Below the pieces are notes generated by a model. That model searched no databases and was not told where the DNA came from. It was given only the letters and a program-made list of their open reading frames with translations. A stretch of DNA of 64,000 nt, from positions 137,269-201,268 of the forward strand of contig CAYNMP010000003.1 of NCBI GenBank assembly GCA_964398475.1, written 5' to 3'. The DNA is from an uncultured Chitinophagaceae bacterium. Its GTDB lineage: Bacteria > Bacteroidota > Bacteroidia > Chitinophagales > LD1. The translations under genes and the position numbers were made by a program. Below are positions 32,032-40,609 of the stretch, one piece after another (position 1 is the first letter of the stretch; each line of letters opens with the position of its first letter).

Positions 32032-33204
32032 TTAACGCTTCTTGATTTGTTTCGTGTGACTCACTTCGTCAATTACAATTTTACTGATAATTTCGTGCAT
32101 CACTTCTGTGGTTCCTGCACCAACGGTCATCAAGCGAACATCACGCAATGAACGGGCAACACCATAGTCTTCCATATAACCCCATCCTCCGTGAATTTGA
32201 AGTGCTTCGTTCACAACATTGAATGCCTCTTCACACACAAAAGCTTTCGCCATAGAAACAATTTTGTATGCCCCGGGGCCATGCTCAATAAACTCGGCTA
32301 CTGCACGGTAAGCAATACTTCTACAGGCTTCAGTTGTAATGGCCATTTTAGCTAGCTTATGACGTAATACCTGGAATTTCCCAATCGGACGACCAAATGC
32401 CTCACGCTCTTTCATGTATTGTTTTGCCACTTCCATAGCATGTTCAGCTGTAGCTGTTCCGGTGATAGATGCAATTAAACGCTCCTCTTGGAAATTACTC
32501 ATGATATAATAGAACCCGAAATCTTTTTCTCCCAACAAAGCACTCTTCGGCACTTTGCAGTTTTCGAAAAATAGCTGTCCGGTATCAGACGTATGCATAC
32601 CTAATTTATTATGTACCGGTACTGCTGAAAAACCTTCGATTTTAGTGTCGAAAATCAATAAACTTAATTTATGCCCTTCGCCTGTACGTACCACCAATAC
32701 AATGAAGTCGGCCATAGTACCATTGGTAATAAACATTTTCGAACCGTTCACCAAATAGTGATCGCCTTTGTCTTCGGCTGTTGTTTTAATACCGCCTACA
32801 TCACTTCCCGCTCCCGGTTCTGTGATACCTAAGGCAGCAATTTTTTCACCTTTCAAAGCAGGTGTTAGGTATTGTTGTTTTTGTTCTTCTGTCCCCAAAG
32901 CCAATAATACCGGCAATGGTAAGTACGTATGTGCATATAAACTCATGGCTAAACCACCACAGTTTGATTTAGCTAATTCTTCTGCAATAACTACGGCCGA
33001 CCATATATCTAAACCGCTTCCGCCATAAGCTTCAGGAAAGCTAACACCAAAAAAGCCTTGGGCTCCCATCTTTGCGAAAATTTCTTTCTCGCAAATTTTG
33101 TTAGCTTCCCAATGCTCGATGTTAGGTGTAATTTCGGTTTCTACGAATTGGCGGAAACTCTCTCTTAAAAGATTATGATCTTCGGTAAATGGATTACTTG
33201 ACAT
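32032..33204 (-). CDS. Acyl-CoA dehydrogenase (isovaleryl-CoA / long-chain type catalytic-base placement)
   Basis: 390 aa. ACAD fold (GITEPGAGSD, FITNG). The C-terminal segment reads VGAGTTEV where MCAD has YEGT. A Glu is available in FQEERL, as in isovaleryl-CoA dehydrogenase. Confidence 0.8.
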   Translation of the reverse strand: MSSNPFTEDHNLLRESFRQFVETEITPNIEHWEANKICEKEIFAKMGAQGFFGVSFPEAYGGSGLDIWSAVVIAEELAKSNCGGLAMSLYAHTYLPLPVLLALGTEEQKQQYLTPALKGEKIAALGITEPGAGSDVGGIKTTAEDKGDHYLVNGSKMFITNGTMADFIVLVVRTGEGHKLSLLIFDTKIEGFSAVPVHNKLGMHTSDTGQLFFENCKVPKSALLGEKDFGFYYIMSNFQEERLIASITGTATAEHAMEVAKQYMKEREAFGRPIGKFQVLRHKLAKMAITTEACRSIAYRAVAEFIEHGPGAYKIVSMAKAFVCEEAFNVVNEALQIHGGWGYMEDYGVARSLRDVRLMTVGAGTTEVMHEIISKIVIDEVSHTKQIKKR

Positions 33205-33225
33205 GATTTTATTTGGTTTTAAAAT

Positions 33226-34014
33226 TTATAATTTAAAGAAATCGCCCCATAAACGCTGCCCTCCATCAATATAAACAGTTTCACCCGTAATATAGTTCGC
33301 ATACGGACTCGCTAAAAATACCGTTAAGTTCGCCACCTCCTCTGAAGTGCCCATTCTGCGCATCGGAATTGCCTTTTCTACCCCCTCCAAAAATTCGGGC
33401 TGATAGTTTTCTAAGCCACTGGAGGCAATAATCCCCGGAGCAATGGCATTGATTTGAACATTGTATTTACTCCATTCTACCGCCAATGTTTTCGTAAGAT
33501 TATCTACCCCGGCACGCGCTGCACCGGTATGCACCATAGCCGGAAAACCGCGAAACACATTCGCAATAATATTCACTATGCGACCCGACTGATTCGGAAT
33601 AAAAAATTGCTTAGCCATGGTTTGTGTCATATACCATGTACCGTTCAAATTGTTATTGATAACAGCATTCCAGCCTTTGAACGAAATGTCTTCCGCTAAA
33701 GAAGGAAACTGCCCACCGGCATTATTCACTAAAATATCGAGTGTACCTTCTGTGTCTTTGATATTCTTTGCTAATGCTTCTACTTGTTCCGTATCCCGAA
33801 TATCGCAGACTTGATAACGTACTTTCCCGAAAGAATCCTCGGTGCGCAACGCATTGAATTTTTCGATAGCTGCAATCAAACGTTCTTCTTTTCGCGAAGT
33901 GATAATTACATTAGCACCCAACGACAATAATTGCTGGGTAATCGCAAAACCAATACCACTGCCCCCTCCGGTAACAATGGCTACTTTATCTTTAAATGTA
34001 TTAGGCAAAAACAT
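33226..34014 (-). CDS. SDR-family reductase, PECR/DECR-like (enoyl- or dienoyl-CoA reductase type)
   Basis: 262 aa. Cofactor motif VTGGGSGIG. The segment RGFPAMVHTGAARAGVDNLTKTLAVEW...INAIAPG resembles peroxisomal trans-2-enoyl-CoA reductase and 2,4-dienoyl-CoA reductase rather than classical YxxxK dehydrogenases. Confidence 0.7.
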   Translation of the reverse strand: MFLPNTFKDKVAIVTGGGSGIGFAITQQLLSLGANVIITSRKEERLIAAIEKFNALRTEDSFGKVRYQVCDIRDTEQVEALAKNIKDTEGTLDILVNNAGGQFPSLAEDISFKGWNAVINNNLNGTWYMTQTMAKQFFIPNQSGRIVNIIANVFRGFPAMVHTGAARAGVDNLTKTLAVEWSKYNVQINAIAPGIIASSGLENYQPEFLEGVEKAIPMRRMGTSEEVANLTVFLASPYANYITGETVYIDGGQRLWGDFFKL

Positions 34015-34042
34015 ACTTGCTGAATTTAGTTTTGACTAGAAA

Positions 34043-34900
34043 TTATCTTAACGGAATATTCAACATCGCACGTGTCTCTTCAATAGTGGCTACTTCGCGA
34101 CCAATCATGCGTACCATTTTCGCAGCCGCTTCAACTAATTCGCCATTGCTTTTTGCCATTTCGCCCTCCGGCAAGTAGAAGTTATCTTCTAATCCCACAC
34201 GAATGTTTCCATCGATCGTAATTGCCGCAGCAATAGCTTGCCATTGTTTTCGTCCGATGCCAATCACCTGCCAATGCGAACCTTCAGGAACTGATGCCGC
34301 TTGATGCAATAAGTTTTTCGTTGAAATAGGAATACCTCCCAAAACGCCCATCACGAAACTAAACACATAGGGCTTTTGCAACAATCCCATATCAATTAAC
34401 GGCATGGCATTATTGATGTGCCCATTATCGAACACTTCCATTTCCGGCACTGTACCTGCTTCTTTCATTTTCTCTAAATAGAATTGAATGTCTTTGAACG
34501 AATTTTGAAACACAAAATCGTGATAGAATTCTTTCGTCTTTGGGGAATAAATACCATAGTTCATCGAACCCATATTCAACGCAGCCATATCCGGTTTCAA
34601 TGCAGTGATGTGGTGAATACGCTCTTCGCGTGAAAGCCCTATGGCGCCTGTACTGTAGTTAATGATGGCAGTCGGACAAAGTTTTCTTACCTCCTCGCCT
34701 ATTCTTCTGTAGGTTTCAATATCATATGCCGGTGCGCCATCATCCTGACGAGCATGAATATGCAACACACTTGCTCCGGCATCAACAGCACGTTTGCCTT
34801 CTAAGGCAATTTCTTCGGGTGTGTAAGGAATATACGGACATTGTTCTCGTCTTGCTAAAACGCCTGTAAGCGCTGCGGTGATTACAATTTTCTTTGCCAT
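34043..34900 (-). CDS. Beta-keto acid cleavage enzyme family protein (BKACE / DUF849, 3-keto-5-aminohexanoate cleavage enzyme-like)
   Basis: 285 aa. N-terminus KIVITAALTG. Zn ligand motif VLHIHAR (HxH). Later VGLEDN. Length and order match the Kce family. Confidence 0.8.
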   Translation of the reverse strand: MAKKIVITAALTGVLARREQCPYIPYTPEEIALEGKRAVDAGASVLHIHARQDDGAPAYDIETYRRIGEEVRKLCPTAIINYSTGAIGLSREERIHHITALKPDMAALNMGSMNYGIYSPKTKEFYHDFVFQNSFKDIQFYLEKMKEAGTVPEMEVFDNGHINNAMPLIDMGLLQKPYVFSFVMGVLGGIPISTKNLLHQAASVPEGSHWQVIGIGRKQWQAIAAAITIDGNIRVGLEDNFYLPEGEMAKSNGELVEAAAKMVRMIGREVATIEETRAMLNIPLR

Positions 34901-34988
34901 TTTTCGGGTTGTATTTGTTGTTGGTTAATTGTTTTGCGTTTTATAAGCTATTGCCAAGTTATAAATAGTTTGAAAATTCAAAATGTAT

Positions 34989-35813
34989 TTATTTTCCCTT
35001 CCACACCGGTTTGCGTTTTTCAGCGAAAGCAGTAATGCCCTCGGCAGCATCTTCGGTTTGTACCGCCTTACCCAGCATGCTTTTCAAGAAGAGCTGACGA
35101 TCATTCTCCGGCACCGTTTTCAATGCATCGAAAGCCTCTAAACCCAATCGAATAGCCGATGGGGAATACTCCATAATTTCTTCTGCCAATGCTTGTACTT
35201 TGCTGTCGAGTTCTTCTGCTAATACTACTTCCGATACCAAACCCAATCGTAATGCCTCCTGCGCATCAGCAGATTTCGCTCGCATACAAAAATCGAGCAC
35301 CGCCCGCGATGGCATAATGTTCAACATACTCTGCATCACTTGGAAAGGATATAATCCGCGTTTCACTTCCGGCAGACTAAATGTGACATTAGGAGTAGCG
35401 ATCACATGCGTACAACCACACACAATCAAAAAGCCACCCGCCAACACAGGCGCATGTACTTTAGCAATACACGGTTTATGCAATCCCGAAAACACATCTG
35501 CCAACACCACCTCACCAGTCGGTTCAGGAATGGTAGAATTCGTTTCACTGCCACTCGCCAAGAAGGCCTTCAAATCGGCACCCGCACAAAAAATATCACC
35601 ATTGGCTTGAATCACCACCACCCACACTTCGTGGTTGAAATGCGCGTAATGTAAGGCATAGGCAATCTCGCGGAATAACACCGGATTCATCGCATTTTTC
35701 TTCTCCGGTCGATTCAGTGTTATCGTCAACACATGTCCGTTTTGCTCCACCAACAAATGCGCAAAGGTTTGCTGTTCGAGGGCTAAAGCCTGTTCTTTAG
35801 TATACAACTTCAT
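34989..35813 (-). CDS. Crotonase-fold enoyl-CoA hydratase/isomerase family protein
   Basis: 274 aa. Motifs ITLNRPEKKNAM and FCAGADLK. In a by-eye alignment the first catalytic Glu of hydratases is replaced (LAGGFLIVCGC versus GGGxELA). The second Glu is present (LPEVKRGLYP). Confidence 0.75.
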   Translation of the reverse strand: MKLYTKEQALALEQQTFAHLLVEQNGHVLTITLNRPEKKNAMNPVLFREIAYALHYAHFNHEVWVVVIQANGDIFCAGADLKAFLASGSETNSTIPEPTGEVVLADVFSGLHKPCIAKVHAPVLAGGFLIVCGCTHVIATPNVTFSLPEVKRGLYPFQVMQSMLNIMPSRAVLDFCMRAKSADAQEALRLGLVSEVVLAEELDSKVQALAEEIMEYSPSAIRLGLEAFDALKTVPENDRQLFLKSMLGKAVQTEDAAEGITAFAEKRKPVWKGK

Positions 35814-35827
35814 CTTCGATATTTTTC

Positions 35828-37792
35828 TTATTTCATTTTAATCATCACCGTGCCGGCCTCTACAAAGGTTTTTTCCTGCACGAAAACTTCTTCTACTTCG
35901 CCATCGCTATGCGCTTCAATGGTGGTTTCCATTTTCATGGAATTCATCACCAACAAGGCTTTCCCCGATTCAATTTTATCGCCCGCTTTCACCAATACCT
36001 TCACAATTTCGCCCGGCATTGGGGCAATGTAATCGCCTTCTGCCACAGCACTTCCGGGCTCGGTGAAACGCGGTTTTTCCGAAAACTTCAACGTTCCCAC
36101 ACCCTGTTGTTGCACAAACACTTCTCCGTTTTTCGTAGCCATAGCAAAAGCTTTACGATGATTGTTTATCGTAGCCACTACTCCATGTGCATCGGCACTA
36201 TTGAGTTCCACCGCAAAACAGTTTTCACCCACCACCACATCAAAGCAACCATCGCCTTTGTGACGATATTCCACTTTTACTTCAGCGCCATTCCATTGCA
36301 AAATGTAGTGCTGCGATTGATAATAAATATTGCGCCATCCATTCAAAGTGGCACTCACCGGCTCGGTAGATTTTCTACTTTGCCAATCATATAAGAAAGC
36401 CGCAATGGCCATTTCAGCCACATCGGTAGCGCTTACTTGTTTTTGATACGCACTAAAATCGCGCTCAATTAATTTGGTATCGAAGCTGCCATCCACATAT
36501 TCCGGATGGTTCAACAATGCACCCAAGAAATCTTTGTTAGTCGTAATTCCCAATATGGTATAGTGTTGCAAAGCATAATTCATTTTCTGAATCGCCTCTG
36601 TTCGAGTGCTGCCATAAGCAATCACCTTCGCCAACATACTGTCGTAAAACACATCTACTTTCGAACCGGTTTTCACACCACTGTCGTAGCGTAAACCTTT
36701 CAATGCCGGTTCTTTGTACAACAAAATTTCACCTGTGGCCGGAAAGAAATTATTCTCCGCATCTTCCGCACAAATACGGCATTCTATAGCATGACCGGTT
36801 GTTGTTACATCTCCAATATTCAAGGGCAAACCTTGCGCTACTTCTAATTGCAGACGAACCAAATCCAATCCTGTTACTTCTTCTGTAACCGGATGCTCCA
36901 CTTGCAAACGTGTATTCACTTCCAAAAAGTAAAACGAAGCATCAGCCGGGGAATACAAAAACTCCACCGTTCCCGCATTGGTGTATTGCACCGCTCGCGC
37001 AGCCGCCACAGCCGCATCGCCCATTTGTTGGCGAGTTGCAGCGCTGATAGATGGCGATGGTGATTCTTCAATCACTTTCTGATATCGTCTTTGCAACGAA
37101 CACTCGCGCTCAAACAAATGCACATAGTTGCCATGCGTATCGCCAAAAATCTGGAACTCGATGTGCTTTGCTTTCGGGAAATATTTCTCCATCAACAACA
37201 CTCCACTGCCAAAGCCCTTCTCGGCTTCACGGGTTGCCGTATTGAAAGCGGCTTCCAATTCTGCTTCGCTATTTACTATACGCATACCCTTACCACCACC
37301 ACCGGCACTGGCTTTCAGCAAAACCGGATAACCAATCTTAGCCGCTTCTTTTTGAAAGGTTTCAAAATTTTGATCGCTGCCATTATAACCCGGCACCACC
37401 GGTACACCGGCTTTTTGCATCAATTCTTTCGCGCCAATTTTCGGACCTAATTGTTGTATAGCCGCAGCCGAAGGACCCACAAACAGGATACCCTCATCTG
37501 CACAACGCTGCGCAAACGATGCATTCTCCGATAAAAACCCATACCCCGGATGAATCGCATTAGCACCCGTTTGCTTTGCCGCAGCAATAATTTTATCCTG
37601 ATCCAAATAACTCTCGGCCGGATGCGATCCTCCAATACAAATCGCCTCATCTGCCACAGTTACAAACAACGCATCCCGATCCGCTTGCGAATACACCGCC
37701 ACCGTGCTAATACCCATCGTTCGTGCCGTTCGCATCACCCGAATCGCAATCTCCCCCCTATTCGCAATCAATAACTTTGTTATCTTTTTCAT
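35828..37792 (-). CDS. Biotin-dependent acyl-CoA carboxylase alpha subunit (biotin carboxylase + BCCP; methylcrotonyl/geranyl-CoA carboxylase type)
   Basis: Canonical start MKKITKLLIANRGEIA at ATG 37792; the track start 37804 is TTG. ATP-grasp loop GGGGKGMRIV. C-terminal biotinylation motif NSMKME. Confidence 0.85.
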   Translation of the reverse strand: MKKITKLLIANRGEIAIRVMRTARTMGISTVAVYSQADRDALFVTVADEAICIGGSHPAESYLDQDKIIAAAKQTGANAIHPGYGFLSENASFAQRCADEGILFVGPSAAAIQQLGPKIGAKELMQKAGVPVVPGYNGSDQNFETFQKEAAKIGYPVLLKASAGGGGKGMRIVNSEAELEAAFNTATREAEKGFGSGVLLMEKYFPKAKHIEFQIFGDTHGNYVHLFERECSLQRRYQKVIEESPSPSISAATRQQMGDAAVAAARAVQYTNAGTVEFLYSPADASFYFLEVNTRLQVEHPVTEEVTGLDLVRLQLEVAQGLPLNIGDVTTTGHAIECRICAEDAENNFFPATGEILLYKEPALKGLRYDSGVKTGSKVDVFYDSMLAKVIAYGSTRTEAIQKMNYALQHYTILGITTNKDFLGALLNHPEYVDGSFDTKLIERDFSAYQKQVSATDVAEMAIAAFLYDWQSRKSTEPVSATLNGWRNIYYQSQHYILQWNGAEVKVEYRHKGDGCFDVVVGENCFAVELNSADAHGVVATINNHRKAFAMATKNGEVFVQQQGVGTLKFSEKPRFTEPGSAVAEGDYIAPMPGEIVKVLVKAGDKIESGKALLVMNSMKMETTIEAHSDGEVEEVFVQEKTFVEAGTVMIKMK

Positions 37793-37804
37793 ATCCAAAA
37801 TCAA

Positions 37805-37991
37805 TTTTCAATTCCCAAATTCTTAATCCTTAAACCCTCCATCATCAAATTCCCACTCAATTGCTAAATCATTTCATTCCTAAATTCACACATTAGCATT
37901 TTATCACATTCTCCTCATCATCAAATTCCTTCCCCCATTGTTAAATCCTTTCATTGCTACATTAGCACATTAACGCATTAGCACATTATTT
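37805..37991 (-). repeat. Tandemly duplicated 76-77-bp intergenic repeat, C-depleted on the gene-sense strand
   Basis: Fills the whole spacer between the two carboxylase genes. The unit at about 37837-37910 matches the unit at about 37911-37987. catcatcaaattcc is exact at 37840-37853 and 37916-37929. The longest aligned block shows 40/51 identity. Only 7 G in 187 nt on the + strand. Confidence 0.8.
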
Positions 37992-39587
37992 CTACATCCT
38001 AAACACCCCATACCCCTCAGCGCCTTTCACCTCCGTGTTATGAATCACCTCCATGCAGAACTTCAAGTAATTGCGCGTTTCCCGCGGATCAATTACACCA
38101 TCATCCCACAACTGACCACTTGCATACCAGGCATTACTTTGCTTATCGGCTTCCATCACCATAAACTTAGCCACTTGCGCGCCTTGCTCCTCATCGTATG
38201 CAATGCCCGATTTCTCAGCCGCTTGTCGGCCAATAATTTGCATCACCCCCGCCAACTGATCAGGTCCCATTACCGCAATTTTCGAATTCGGATAGCTGAA
38301 CAAAAAGCGCGGTTTATACGCCCTCCCGCACATCGCGTAATTGCCGGCACCGTAACTCGCACCGGTAATAATAGTAATAGCCGGCACCGTAGAATTACTC
38401 ACCGCATTAATCAACTTCGCACCGTTTTTAATAATGCCCTCTTCTTCATATTTGCGACCCACCATAAAGCCCGTAATGTTTTGCAAAAACAACAACGGAA
38501 TATCTTTTTGATTACACAACTGAATAAACTGCGCCCCTTTGTTGGCAGCCTCCGAAAACAACACTCCGTTGTTCGCTAAAATACCAATCGAATAGCCATT
38601 CACTTTCGCAAAGCCTGTAATTAAGGTACTTCCGTACAACGGTTTAAACTCCGAAAACTCCGACCCATCTACAAAGCGCGCTATCAGCTCGCGTTGGTCG
38701 AACGGAATTTTAATATCAGCCGAAACAATGCCTAAAATTTCTTCAGCCGCATACTTCGGTTCTTCAATCTTTTCTTTGGCGTAATTCGCATTGCCCGGAA
38801 ATAAATTCGACATAATCTCGCGCGCCAATCGTATGCCATCTTCTTGGTCTTCCGCCAAATAATCCGACACGCCCGACACCGCACTGTGCATTTTCGCACC
38901 GCCCAAACTCTCCTCGTCTGTTACCTCGTTGGTGGCCATTTTCACCAAAGGCGGACCGGCCAAAAACACCTTCGCCTCGTCTTTCACCATAATGGTGTAA
39001 TCGCTCATGCCCGGAATGTAAGCCCCACCGGCCGTACTGTTGCCAAACACAATCGAAATGGTAGGGAACCGCGCCTTACTGCGCTGAATAATATCGCGAA
39101 AATTTGCGCCACCGTAATTAAAAATTTTCGCCTGATCCGGCAAATTCGCACCTGCACTTTCCACCATCACAATGGTTGGCAAACCGTTCTCCATCGCAAT
39201 TTCGCCCATGCGCAAGCCCTTCTGCAACGTAGCATAATCAATCGCTCCGCCCTTTATAGTGCCCACGTTCGAATTAATCATACACAGCGTGCCGCTCACA
39301 AAACCAATACCGCACACAATAGTACCGCCAGTGCCAAAGCCATCCATGCCCCAGCCGGCAAACGGACATAATTCCATAAAAGGCGAATCGCGGTCGAGCA
39401 GCAACTCAATGCGCTCGCGCGCCAGCAACTTCCCCGCAGCCTTCGTGCGTTTCAGGTATTTATCCTCGCCCTGAAACAAAGCCTCCTTCACCTTCCCGTC
39501 CAACTCCAAAATTTTCTCTTGCATCAACGCGTAGTTGCGTTTGTAGCTCTCCGAATTCGCGTTTACCTTCGATCGAAATACCGACAT
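37992..39587 (-). CDS. Acyl-CoA carboxylase beta (carboxyltransferase) subunit, methylcrotonyl-CoA carboxylase type
   Basis: 531 aa. Carboxyltransferase architecture with GKLLARERIELLLD..SPFMEL, VGTIKGGA and GNSTAGGAYIPGMSD, co-linear with MCC beta subunits. Confidence 0.85.
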   Translation of the reverse strand: MSVFRSKVNANSESYKRNYALMQEKILELDGKVKEALFQGEDKYLKRTKAAGKLLARERIELLLDRDSPFMELCPFAGWGMDGFGTGGTIVCGIGFVSGTLCMINSNVGTIKGGAIDYATLQKGLRMGEIAMENGLPTIVMVESAGANLPDQAKIFNYGGANFRDIIQRSKARFPTISIVFGNSTAGGAYIPGMSDYTIMVKDEAKVFLAGPPLVKMATNEVTDEESLGGAKMHSAVSGVSDYLAEDQEDGIRLAREIMSNLFPGNANYAKEKIEEPKYAAEEILGIVSADIKIPFDQRELIARFVDGSEFSEFKPLYGSTLITGFAKVNGYSIGILANNGVLFSEAANKGAQFIQLCNQKDIPLLFLQNITGFMVGRKYEEEGIIKNGAKLINAVSNSTVPAITIITGASYGAGNYAMCGRAYKPRFLFSYPNSKIAVMGPDQLAGVMQIIGRQAAEKSGIAYDEEQGAQVAKFMVMEADKQSNAWYASGQLWDDGVIDPRETRNYLKFCMEVIHNTEVKGAEGYGVFRM

Positions 39588-39599
39588 GTTTATCGTGTT

Positions 39600-39780
39600 T
39601 TAATAGAATCCCAATGTAGAAGTAAAATCCATAAAATGCAAACCCCGAACCTAAATCCTTGATTCTTAAATCAAACAGTTAAAATCTCTCCATACGCCTA
39701 AAATTCCATTATCCTCAATCCTATAATTCATTATCTTCCAACTCTTAAATCAAAAAAATTTAAATCAAAAAATAGTTTGG
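39600..39780 (-). repeat. Diverged member of the same C-depleted word-repeat family, directly upstream of the carboxylase beta gene
   Basis: The minus-strand reading is rich in gatttaa / ggaatt / gataatg / aaggatt words shared with 37805-37991 and 57325-57510. About 8 G in about 165 nt on the + strand. The similarity is compositional and word-level, not a clean alignment. Confidence 0.5.
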
Positions 39781-39857
39781 GCGTGTTAACGCGCTATCCA
39801 CTGCAATCTTTGCCTCGAAGCATCGGCAAAGGATTTCCGTTCCTATCGCTCACGCTG
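39779..39857. repeat. REP-like imperfect palindromic element
   Basis: Outer pairing gcgtg (39781-39785) / cacgc (39851-39855). Inner stem ctttgcc (39808-39814) / ggcaaag (39825-39831) with a 10-nt loop. The layout resembles short palindromic intergenic elements I recall from Bacteroidota genomes (from memory, not verified). Confidence 0.4.
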
Positions 39858-40045
39858 CATTGTAGTACCATCAAAATTTATCTTCAGAACGTCATTCCCG
39901 GAGAGGCAATAATCTTATGAAATTGCTCCACATCCTCACATCTGTCTTTAGGGCAAATGCTAGGGGATATGGAGCGACTAAGAACAGTGGAGTTTGTGTT
40001 GGTGGAAACCTCCGATTTGAAGCAAAAACCTAGAGCACTACTTGA

Positions 40046-40456
40046 CTATTTTTGGAGTAGGAATTTACGAATCAAAAATGTTTTTTCAGAATAAATTCGC
40101 ATGTAATAAAAACCCGGTGAAAGCGAGTGTATATCAAAGGTATAATCATGCTTAGAAGGATCGAAATCTATGGCCTTATGCAAAAATTCAGTACCCTCCT
40201 CATTCACAATCGAAATTTCAAAATGTTCGGGTGTTTTATGACTAAGACCAAGCATTAACAAGTGGTGAGGCACATCTACTTTAGCCGAAATTGATTCCGA
40301 TTTAAATAGCTTCGAATGCTTAATGAGCGAATCTTGTATACTCTCTAATCGTTTTAATGAAACAGCTTTTTTAGCAGCAATCTCATGCAAATACGTTTCT
40401 TGCGAAAAGCCTAATGCGCTCCACAAACACAATACAAAAAGTGCAACCGTTTTCAT
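40046..40456 (-). CDS. Mini-protein: signal peptide + short region + T9SS C-terminal-domain-like segment
   Basis: 136 aa. Signal peptide MKTVALFVLCLWSALGFSQ. C-terminal part FEISIVNEEGTEFLHKAIDF...LSPGFYYMRIYSEKTFLIRKFLLQK resembles a T9SS type-A sorting domain. Confidence 0.5.
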   Translation of the reverse strand: MKTVALFVLCLWSALGFSQETYLHEIAAKKAVSLKRLESIQDSLIKHSKLFKSESISAKVDVPHHLLMLGLSHKTPEHFEISIVNEEGTEFLHKAIDFDPSKHDYTFDIHSLSPGFYYMRIYSEKTFLIRKFLLQK

Positions 40457-40609
40457 AGCTATTATTTTACGTGTAATTTAAGGAATTGGAATTTACAGTG
40501 CTACATTTTAGGATAGTTTAAGTATTTCTAAGTGTATTGCATTCCCGAGATTCAAATATCCACTTCTCCCTTAGTTCGAGTCTCCTAGAACTGCCTCAAT
40601 TGAATACAT

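Noticed and set aside
37805-37991. Possibility that the tandem repeats are a CRISPR array.
   Set aside because: There are only two adjacent, diverged 76-77-bp units, with no unique spacers between them. The unit length is outside the CRISPR repeat range, and no cas genes are in the window.
35909-39371. A series of 119-179-aa plus-strand ORFs opposite the two carboxylase genes (35909-36394, 37091-37450, 38040-38579, 38844-39371).
   Set aside because: The elevated GC content of this block lowers stop-codon frequency on the antisense strand, which explains them. The translations are Arg/His-rich nonsense without motifs.
40560-40600. tRNA-like T-loop sequence (ccttaGTTCGAGTCtcctag), considered as a possible tRNA gene or att-site remnant next to the operon.
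   Set aside because: The flanking bases do not pair into a T-stem (CTTAG versus CTCCT). No acceptor, D or anticodon arms can be drawn, and no integrase is nearby.
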